Below, one piece after another: positions 9,001 to 15,471 of a DNA stretch of 28,616 bases. Numbering within the stretch: the stretch's first letter is position 1; each line of letters starts with the position of its first letter. The stretch is taken from positions 1 through 28,616 of IMG/VR virus record IMGVR_UViG_3300017780_003752; one strand, written 5' to 3'. Source of the stretch: a virus (lineage: Duplodnaviria; Caudoviricetes). The translations under genes were made by a program, and so were the position numbers. The notes beneath the pieces are model-generated. The model saw only the letters and a program-made list of their open reading frames with translations. It was not told where the DNA came from and searched no databases.

Positions 9001-10188
9001 CTCTACTACGTCTTTGATGTTGGCGAGCTTACCGTGCCTAACCCTAGAAATTTGCTTCGTCTCGTCAGTTAAGCCAGTACCCGCAAACAATGCTCTTGCT
9101 TTATTGGCTACAGGAGCCCCGCTACCCGTAATGTTTGCTTCGGTGGCTTTGTTTATCTTTTCTCCAGTAGCATCGGCTATAGTTCTTATAAAGTTGGCTT
9201 TTCGGAGATTCTTGACTTTGCCACCAGTAGCAGCAGACATGAGTTGGTTTTGAAGTCCTAGCCCAACCTTAGAATCGCCAATTTCCTCACCGCTTAGTTT
9301 TGAAATCTCTCTAAGCGAATCATCAGTTGTACGGGTTGGGATTACAGGTTCTTTAATAGATACTTTAGGTTTCTCTGCTATTGATTTGAGAGTTTGTTTT
9401 TGGGCGGCTTTTATTTGGCCTGGTGTTACATCTGTTTTACCTACTTGTGGGGCTTTCGGTTTTGGGCTGTCGTAAGCGTATACTTTTGGTAGTTTAGATT
9501 TGGCTACTTTGAAACCCTTTTGAATGCCCTGTGCGCCAACAGAGGCAGCAGCAGGTAACGCCAAGCTTATCCCAACATCTGTAGCTACGCCTAATGGTGT
9601 GTTCTTAATATCTCTTGCTGTTCTGTAACCAGAGCCTTGTGCCACATTTGCCACGACATTAGATGCTATGTCAGGTCTAGCTAAGAATCTGCCTGTTTTT
9701 GCCGCTACAGAAGCACCTCTTGGAGCTATTCTTGGTAATACCGTGGCTGCTTTTGCTACTACTGGAGCCTTCGTAGCGACGTTAGCTAGACCACCCGTAG
9801 CGGCTATCTGTGCTACTTCTCCTCCAAATTGACCTGCTTTATAAAGAAAAGGATTATACTGTTTATTCTTAGCTTCAATATCTTTTAACTCACCTGCTGT
9901 GCGAAAGTTCTTAGTAATTTGGCTCGTACCTTTGCCTGGAGTAACTAAGTCTACAAAGCCACTAGCAGTCTCACCTAGTCCTGCAACTTGTCTCTGATAG
10001 CCTGCGGACAATGGCTGAACGGCTCTAACTACTGGACGAGTCACTTGTTCAATGTTAGAGCGTTGAGTTGTTGGTGTGCGCTGTTGCCATGTACGGTTGT
10101 TGTCAAAGACGTTTACCTGGTCATAAGCACGGCTAGCTCCCCTAGTAAGGAAGTTATCCTTCAATTTTCTCATTAAAGAGAAGCCCAT
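6088..10188 (-). CDS. Large internal virion / DNA ejection protein (putative)
   Basis: 1366 aa, largely helical, Ala/Gly-rich N-terminal part, basic C-terminus; size and location fit podovirus ejection proteins; no catalytic motif recognised. Confidence 0.55.
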   Translation of the reverse strand: MGFSLMRKLKDNFLTRGASRAYDQVNVFDNNRTWQQRTPTTQRSNIEQVTRPVVRAVQPLSAGYQRQVAGLGETASGFVDLVTPGKGTSQITKNFRTAGELKDIEAKNKQYNPFLYKAGQFGGEVAQIAATGGLANVATKAPVVAKAATVLPRIAPRGASVAAKTGRFLARPDIASNVVANVAQGSGYRTARDIKNTPLGVATDVGISLALPAAASVGAQGIQKGFKVAKSKLPKVYAYDSPKPKAPQVGKTDVTPGQIKAAQKQTLKSIAEKPKVSIKEPVIPTRTTDDSLREISKLSGEEIGDSKVGLGLQNQLMSAATGGKVKNLRKANFIRTIADATGEKINKATEANITGSGAPVANKARALFAGTGLTDETKQISRVRHGKLANIKDVVERVNKKDTDIQAKYGPEAQDMLDRVMRDEAYTYKVYGEAPRDISTLPKELQDRIAVKTAQNKIINDINLQTGVIDEATWAKGAEGEHIGRIFAIPKQEDKFNREALTSMFESNASIKRKDISKMVDETIELLERDPFRAMNLRMEMALRNQALTEAMQDYASRGFIKKTKPNDNFIQMNGKRYGRFDGQYVERGILEELTGNRIFESSMAESFDKLINSYKGSALGVSDRLQKAFKTTMSPGTIIGNVSSNPLIFNPGAGTNPLTQVYDMLGAARKLSKGVSDADVFKARQLGVVGGDTGKLLTGSSSEQMAMQAKKMNIPKRVLSKFGQFYGNIDDTAKMGLWMRLQKQGLDPQKAAIEVAKFTQDYNNVGRVITLIADTPVLGKPFARFSPELVRIIKNNATRAPHRILAGVAGLAYITNKLSQESGETFTDEQAKEKLISEGTESPTQEQIDKVKEQGNEERKARESAVGQTLIPGTAWLNELMGGPNTDVSLNIPVGDSAINVSRAMGLNFPMEPGVDPGRAILEQLLPVEIPTRKNSLGEDVFDPTKVVTSMTLRPFVEQAFDQNFMGSRVSDPTNRAYDSQGQEMKFTDLPMSEQLKNRAKALATSLSPLGNEIDSINSALRDKPTVTGKKRTLPQALLRSVGIKADNNDAETRKERVEIAEYFDVTKNAEQNFLKNNKDLEQLYFDIFPKTKDRDTGKKISNQITPEKWTRVQSDSSGRMYDFMKQQALEKEKKGQPIDPIFKISGKDDLKQVLELRSKPTGEDIEMDNILEATQSWYRDFKKAESKYYEDSAKFYESIDLPDTENQRAKDYRNVKWPEQPTLVQQYYNLKQSDLEAAKDMFKTTNLSEEFDKHQLDKLKYYNAKRKIEGVPPLSATTFDNVTFGYEEDESKVFNELKYGKGYGGSGYGSGGSKKDTPTAAYTKVPQAGNLQKVAIKSSAPEIRTKKSVKRRARPKLQLKKSMV

Positions 10189-10190
10189 GG

Positions 10191-11357
10191 CTAAACTCCG
10201 CGTCGTTTGTTGAGTGCTATATTAGAATACGTTGGGACTTCGGCGCCAGCTAAAGATGGGCCACCCATACTCATATCTGGTGCGTTAGTATTGAAATTAA
10301 ACATCTGAGGGCCACCAGTACCAGCAGTCCGCATTTTGTTAGCCTTAGCCATTACTTGCTGTCGTCCTATAGGATTGATTTTGCCACGCTCAGTTGCAAG
10401 TAATGTGTCAAGTTCGCCTAATTTAGCCATAGTAGCATCTTTGATAGCCTGTACTTCTTGGTCTATCTGGAACTGCTCTGGTAAGCTTGCGCCTACTCTT
10501 TGAGCTTCTAGCGCTGCTAGAGAGTTGCGAGCCGTAGTTGCGATTTCTTCAGACTGTCCAATCTTGAACTCATCTATCTTTCGTTTTTGCTTTTCGCCAG
10601 CAGTAGCAAGCCCTTGTTGTTCTAGGTCTATGCCCTGGTTCTCTAGTTCAAACTGGTTATTGACGTCTTTTACTTCACGGTTTCCTAGTTCTCCATAAGC
10701 CCGTGCGATTTGTCCAGCAGCGCCAGATGAGCCAGCATTCTTATTAGCTAGCATTACGCCACCAGAACGGATACCCCGTCCGACCATTTCAGTAATATCA
10801 CCTTTACCCTCATATTGAGAGAATTGAGCATTTGCTCGTTTTTGGTCAATACCTTGCTGCGATAGTTTGAGGTCATCAATATAGTCTAAGATAGAGCTAC
10901 GTCCACCTCTGAAAGCAGCGTCTCTTGAGGCATCAGCACTACTAATAGCGTTCCGCTTGCCCATGCCAATCTCACCAATCAAAGAATCATAGGCTGCTTG
11001 ACCACCCCATTGTGCGTATGGGTCTACATAGGCTGGAGCTTGAGCTGGAGCTGATTCCCCCGCTGTTGTAAAAGAGGAATAAGTAGGATTTGGGTTATAG
11101 TCCATTGGAGTAGCTGGTGAATAAGACGGGCCGTAACCAGAAGTAGGGTAGTTAAAGTTTTGCGTTATTGGTTCTGCTCCCCAACCACCACCACCGCCAC
11201 CACCACCGCCGCCGCCACTAATAGGCGCAGTCATGCCATCATATTGCATCATTGTTCCAGTGTTCGTGTCGTAATAAAGTGTCCCGCTAAAAGGGTCTGT
11301 AGTCGCTGGCTGTTGGGCACTCCCTAAGATGGTGTCTAATCCGCTAGCTGTCTCCAT
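10191..11357 (-). CDS. Putative internal virion (ejection/pilot) protein
   Basis: Low-complexity Gly/Pro/Tyr N-terminus with a poly-Gly run followed by a coiled-coil region. AGGAG RBS 8 nt before ATG 11357 (METASG) makes this the likelier start than 11462. Confidence 0.5.
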   Translation of the reverse strand: METASGLDTILGSAQQPATTDPFSGTLYYDTNTGTMMQYDGMTAPISGGGGGGGGGGGWGAEPITQNFNYPTSGYGPSYSPATPMDYNPNPTYSSFTTAGESAPAQAPAYVDPYAQWGGQAAYDSLIGEIGMGKRNAISSADASRDAAFRGGRSSILDYIDDLKLSQQGIDQKRANAQFSQYEGKGDITEMVGRGIRSGGVMLANKNAGSSGAAGQIARAYGELGNREVKDVNNQFELENQGIDLEQQGLATAGEKQKRKIDEFKIGQSEEIATTARNSLAALEAQRVGASLPEQFQIDQEVQAIKDATMAKLGELDTLLATERGKINPIGRQQVMAKANKMRTAGTGGPQMFNFNTNAPDMSMGGPSLAGAEVPTYSNIALNKRRGV

Positions 11358-11506
11358 TTTTATTTCTCCTGTTTCTGTTGTTTTTGTGTATATAAGTACA
11401 CTAATAATTATTAAAGTTATTAGTGCTGCTAGCTTGTACGTTGTTCGTATCTTGTAGTGCATCTATCATAAATATATCACAAAGGCAAATAAAACAATAG
11501 TTATAT

Positions 11507-12124
11507 TTATTTCTTGGTAAGGGTGACGATTAAATCATCAGCAGCATTTAATTCTGTCTGAAGTGCCAAGCCAACAAACTCCTGATTCCTGTTCTGTAGT
11601 CTACCGTTAATGTTGTAGGCGTAAGAAAAGTTAAAATCTGCTTTAGTTGGGTAGTGGTCGAGTTTATTAGCTTTAAGCCAGTCTTGATTTAGATATAGAT
11701 ATGAAGCCTCTGATAGAACTCTAACGTGAGTTGGGTCTTGGTCGGCTCTAGGACTTGAGTAGTACGGAGTTACAATCCGAGCAAAGCCTTTAGTTGGGAT
11801 GTTGGGGTTTTTCTCGTCAAACTCAGCAGGTTTAAGTATTCGGTGGACTTCATTAAAGAACAGATAGAAACAGTCATCAAAGCCGTGCTTCATGCCATGC
11901 CCCTCTATGATGTGAGGGATATGTTCCACAAACATTGTACAGTCTATCTCGTCTACAGAGTTATCTTTTATCTTTGACCAGACGTTATCTTTTGACCAGA
12001 AATCTAATATGTCTCCCACGTATTTAACGTCTTTGCCTGGGTGTATATCCATGCCGACAAAGCCTTCTGGTATGTTTTGTCCGCAAGCTATGCTTAAGCG
12101 CAATGGTTTTTCATTCTTAGACAT
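11507..12124 (-). CDS. Class I SAM-dependent methyltransferase (small-molecule/glycan type)
   Basis: Motif I-like LSIACG, GMDI, FVEHI, EVHRILKP and DPTHVR; no DPPY/NPPY or PC motif of DNA methyltransferases. Confidence 0.85.
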   Translation of the reverse strand: MSKNEKPLRLSIACGQNIPEGFVGMDIHPGKDVKYVGDILDFWSKDNVWSKIKDNSVDEIDCTMFVEHIPHIIEGHGMKHGFDDCFYLFFNEVHRILKPAEFDEKNPNIPTKGFARIVTPYYSSPRADQDPTHVRVLSEASYLYLNQDWLKANKLDHYPTKADFNFSYAYNINGRLQNRNQEFVGLALQTELNAADDLIVTLTKK

Positions 12125-12518
12125 TTTGTAAGCTCCTTCTTGTTTCCCACATTTTATAAGCGTGTCCGTCCATTTTCATATGGCAAGATGTGCATAATCT
12201 TTTCCAGTCGCTACGCTCTCTCTTGTATTCTCCGCTGATATTAGCCCACTCAAACTTTTTTGCCTTAGTAGCCCCACACCCCTCACACTCTGATGGCTTT
12301 CCAAATGTTCTATTCATCCATGTGTGCTTAGAAAGATACCCAGCAAGTTCACCCTTCCAAGCAAAGTGCTTTTCACCCAAATTATCACCCTTTTTGAAAC
12401 TACCAGAAGTAGATGATTTAACTCCTTTTGTACCCGTGTTCCAAGGTAGACCCCCTTTAATGAAGTGACCCTTTTCGTCTCTCGCCATAACTTTTAGTGT
12501 CTTAGTTTCTTTACTCAT
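12117..12518 (-). CDS. HNH-type homing endonuclease with NUMOD-like N-terminal motifs
   Basis: CEGC...EWANISGEYKRERSDWKRLCTSCHMKMD zinc/HNH-like core; N-terminal PWNTG, SFKKG and GEKHFAWKG motifs. Confidence 0.8.
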   Translation of the reverse strand: MSKETKTLKVMARDEKGHFIKGGLPWNTGTKGVKSSTSGSFKKGDNLGEKHFAWKGELAGYLSKHTWMNRTFGKPSECEGCGATKAKKFEWANISGEYKRERSDWKRLCTSCHMKMDGHAYKMWETRRSLQNV

Positions 12519-12699
12519 ATCTTCTCCCTGTTAATTGATTTATTCCTTCGAGTTTTGTTTCCCACTCTACTCTTGTTCGAGTGTCGAGAGTATCTCTTTG
12601 CTGCTGTAACATGTATGCTAGAGACCTGTTTGCAAAATCTGCGTACTCCCCACCAAACTCTTGCATGAACTCGTTATAGCTAATTGGTGGTATCTCCAT
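12511..12699 (-). CDS. Hypothetical protein (62 aa)
   Basis: Overlap-coupled to both neighbours (TAATG upstream, ATGAGTAA downstream). Confidence 0.6.
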   Translation of the reverse strand: MEIPPISYNEFMQEFGGEYADFANRSLAYMLQQQRDTLDTRTRVEWETKLEGINQLTGRRYE

Positions 12700-12773
12700 T
12701 ACTTGCTTATTGCTGTTACTGTATTGTATATTCTAGGAGTTTTACATGTTGGACATATGTAATTTGCATCCAT
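12699..12773 (-). CDS. 24-aa CxxC micro-ORF
   Basis: Not in ORF track. MDANYICPTCKTPRIYNTVTAISK*; starts 3 nt after the glycosyltransferase stop and its TAA overlaps the next ATG. Confidence 0.45.
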   Translation of the reverse strand: MDANYICPTCKTPRIYNTVTAISK

Positions 12774-12776
12774 GAT

Positions 12777-13502
12777 TTACCACGCTTTCTTATTAGTTTC
12801 ATCCCAATGTACAACTGGCACTCTGGCATCACATGCAAACTTATATCCTAATCCCACTGCTTTTTCAAAGAAGTACAAATCTTGTGTGTACGCCTTTGCT
12901 CCCACAGCTTGGTCATAGGATTGTTCTGTTTTGAACCATTTGCCGTACTCGAAGCGCTTGTCTTTGAACATTTCGAGTCGCCATAGGTTAAACCCCATAC
13001 CTAGCCCATTACAGGGAGTTAATGTATTCGGTACAGGGTTTCTAGGTATAAAATTAAGTGGTTGTACATCTGGGTCGCCATAACACATTGGTTGCCCCTG
13101 TTCACCTTTAGTCCAGTACAGTCCACCGATACAGTCGTACTTGTCCATGTTCTCGTATAGTTTAAGCAGTCCGTCAGGGTGTTGTGGATAGTTGTCTGTT
13201 TCAATGGTCATTATGTACTTGTATTTGGCAAGTTCGGGGTTTTCAAGAATCATCTTGATGCCCTCGTTGTATGCCTGTCCTACCTCCATATTCTCAAGGA
13301 ATATAGGCCCGATTACCTTTTGGTTCATTGGTCGCATATATTGCCAGTTCGCAACGACTCTAGTGGGTATCGCTCCAATAGCAGGGCATAGAATTATAGT
13401 AGATAAATCCCTGTAAGTTTGTTCTTTTTCGAGTCTATCGACCCAATTACTGTCGTTATGGTAACTATCGTTACTCATTACTATTGCTGGTTTTTTGTCC
13501 AT
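12777..13502 (-). CDS. Glycosyltransferase, GT-A fold (GT2-like)
   Basis: IILCPA first strand, VGQAYNEGI, DxD-like IETDN, GLGMGFNLWR, TQDLYF (ED-motif equivalent), C-terminal VVH; GGGAG RBS. Confidence 0.8.
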   Translation of the reverse strand: MDKKPAIVMSNDSYHNDSNWVDRLEKEQTYRDLSTIILCPAIGAIPTRVVANWQYMRPMNQKVIGPIFLENMEVGQAYNEGIKMILENPELAKYKYIMTIETDNYPQHPDGLLKLYENMDKYDCIGGLYWTKGEQGQPMCYGDPDVQPLNFIPRNPVPNTLTPCNGLGMGFNLWRLEMFKDKRFEYGKWFKTEQSYDQAVGAKAYTQDLYFFEKAVGLGYKFACDARVPVVHWDETNKKAW

Positions 13503-13542
13503 TATCTACTCTCCCTGTAGTTATGTGTTTATAAATAACATA

Positions 13543-15471
13543 TTATGCTTGTCGTCTAAACTCAAATGGGAATATTGGTTGGTTAGCTACGGTACTGACT
13601 TGGGCGAGGTTGATTGATGCGGTAGTTCTACCTGATGTGTTGGTTGTCCAGTTACCATGTCCGAAGCCTTGCCACATATTAGAACCTGCTGTAGTGTTAG
13701 CTCCCATCTCGTTGATGTTGGCTGATACTTGAGTGATGTTGTAGTAGCTGACTTTCTGAGTACCCTGGTTCATAGCAGCCGTTCCTGATACAGCTGTAGC
13801 AGATGATACCTGTATACCGAGCCAGTAGTTACCAGGTGCAAGAAGTGTTGCAAATGGTATGTCTAAGAATCTAGCACCAGTAAATGCGGTAAGGTGGGTG
13901 GTGCTTACCCTGACGATAGATGATGCGGCTGGTGAGTAACCTGTGGTAAAGCCTATACTAGAGTTGCCCGTTGCTCCAAAAGTGAAGAAGTGGGACACGG
14001 TCTGGTTATTAGAGGCAGCACCAACACGAGCATCTATCTGCATTACATCTGAGAGTGAGCTGGAATAGACTGATTGGATACTACTAGCACTCGCTCCCAC
14101 GCCTTGTGAGTAAATAATCGCATAATATGTGTTAGTTTGACGGAGTGAGTGTGTAGTGTTCGCTCCTGATGCAAAAGTCGTGCTACCAAATCCAACACTT
14201 ACTGGTTGTCGCATATAGCTTGCAGACACGTTAAACGGTAGCTGGAATGGCTGAATTGCCATTGTACTTATACCAAAACTCTGTGATGAGCTAGCGTTAA
14301 ACGGTGCATTGTTAGGGTATCTGAAGTAGGAAAGGGTTGCAGCACCACCGCCACCAGGAGCAGCTACTGAGGCTGTTACAATCCCACCTGCCGATGTGCC
14401 AAAGGTTACGTTATTGGCATTTGAGAAATTGAGCGTACTAAACGTAAACGAACCAGCCGAGTTAGATACTGCTGGAGTGTTACTAGCTACCGTTGCTGCT
14501 ACACTTGCGGTGATTATTGAACCTGCCGATGTACCGAAAGTAACATTATTAGCATTAGAGAAAGCTAGGGTTGAAAAGTTAAATGAACCGTTAGAAGCAG
14601 AGGCGTTTACTGGTTGAGTAGATTGTTGAGTTAAGCCGTTATGCGAGGCAGTCATAATAGAGCCACCAACAGCGTTAAGACCAAAGGTTATGCCGTTGCC
14701 AGTATCAAACAGTAGACTTCCTGCTGTTGTAGCTGTGCGTGTTCCAGCGGCGATTCCGATGCCTCCACCTGCTCCAGGTGCTGCGACACTCGCCGTAACG
14801 ATACCGCCAGCAGAAGTACCAAACGTAACATTGTTTGCGTTAGAGAAGTTTAGAGTGCTAAAGGTGAAGCTACCTGCTGAGTTAGAAACGGCAGGTGTAT
14901 TGCTTGCTACTGTAGCTGCAACTGAGGCAGTGATTATTCCACCAGCACTCGTTCCAAATGTGACGTTGTTTGCGTTACTGAAGTTAAGCGTCTGGAACGT
15001 GAAGCTACCAGCCGAGTTAGAAGCAGCTTGGTTAGATTGGCTTGTGAGGTAGTTAGCGTTAGATGACTGGTAGTTAGTTGCTACTGTAGCCGTTACTGTA
15101 GAGCCGTTTGTGCCAAATGACACCCCATTAGAGTTAGAGAGTACGAACTGAGTTTGAACTGGTACAGACATCTGAATAGAGCCGTTAGAATAGCCCATAG
15201 TTGCTGCTCCAAGAGCGTTGAAAGATAGAGCTGAAGCGTTTAGTACAGTTGATGAGTTCTGAGTGGTGTTACCTAGGGCGAACAGTGAGTTATTCTGGTT
15301 AGTCTGGCTAGGGTAAGAGGCCGAGGCCGTTACTAATGAGTTATTAGACATACCAAAAGATACATTATTAGAGTTAGAAAATACCACCGTCCCCGTAGTG
15401 TTGGCAGTTTGTGTACCTGCGGCTACGTTATTGAAGCCGTCTGCCCCACCTGCTGGTGCGTAGTATGGCAT
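13543..15471 (-). CDS. Ser/Thr/Asn-rich repetitive fibre/spike protein
   Basis: 642 aa, repeated FSNANNVTFGTSAGGIxTASV units, C-terminal beta-rich domain (LLAPGNYWLGI); TAATG-coupled to the upstream gene. Confidence 0.65.
   Translation of the reverse strand: MPYYAPAGGADGFNNVAAGTQTANTTGTVVFSNSNNVSFGMSNNSLVTASASYPSQTNQNNSLFALGNTTQNSSTVLNASALSFNALGAATMGYSNGSIQMSVPVQTQFVLSNSNGVSFGTNGSTVTATVATNYQSSNANYLTSQSNQAASNSAGSFTFQTLNFSNANNVTFGTSAGGIITASVAATVASNTPAVSNSAGSFTFSTLNFSNANNVTFGTSAGGIVTASVAAPGAGGGIGIAAGTRTATTAGSLLFDTGNGITFGLNAVGGSIMTASHNGLTQQSTQPVNASASNGSFNFSTLAFSNANNVTFGTSAGSIITASVAATVASNTPAVSNSAGSFTFSTLNFSNANNVTFGTSAGGIVTASVAAPGGGGAATLSYFRYPNNAPFNASSSQSFGISTMAIQPFQLPFNVSASYMRQPVSVGFGSTTFASGANTTHSLRQTNTYYAIIYSQGVGASASSIQSVYSSSLSDVMQIDARVGAASNNQTVSHFFTFGATGNSSIGFTTGYSPAASSIVRVSTTHLTAFTGARFLDIPFATLLAPGNYWLGIQVSSATAVSGTAAMNQGTQKVSYYNITQVSANINEMGANTTAGSNMWQGFGHGNWTTNTSGRTTASINLAQVSTVANQPIFPFEFRRQA
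14350..15020 (-). repeat. Four near-identical ~45-aa coding repeats (two 2-unit blocks offset by 420 bp)
   Basis: GSF(T/N)FxTL(N/A)FSNANNVTFGTSAG(G/S)I(I/V)TASVAA occurs four times; more degenerate copies lie nearer the N-terminus. Boundaries approximate. Confidence 0.85.

Noticed and set aside
6088-10188. 1366-aa protein as tape measure or virion RNA polymerase
   Set aside because: No tail tube or tail assembly chaperone genes nearby, no periodic aromatic repeats, and no polymerase motifs recognised.
11180-11220. (CCA/CCG)n tract as a contingency microsatellite
   Set aside because: It encodes an in-frame poly-glycine linker with mixed codons; length change would not shift the frame.
11507-12124. 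Methyltransferase plus neighbouring HNH as a restriction-modification system
   Set aside because: The methyltransferase lacks DNA-MTase catalytic motifs and the HNH has homing-endonuclease-type N-terminal motifs.
14350-15020. Repeats considered as a CRISPR array or DGR template/variable pair
   Set aside because: Repeats are conserved at protein not DNA level, differences are synonymous rather than adenine-specific, and no cas or reverse transcriptase gene is present.
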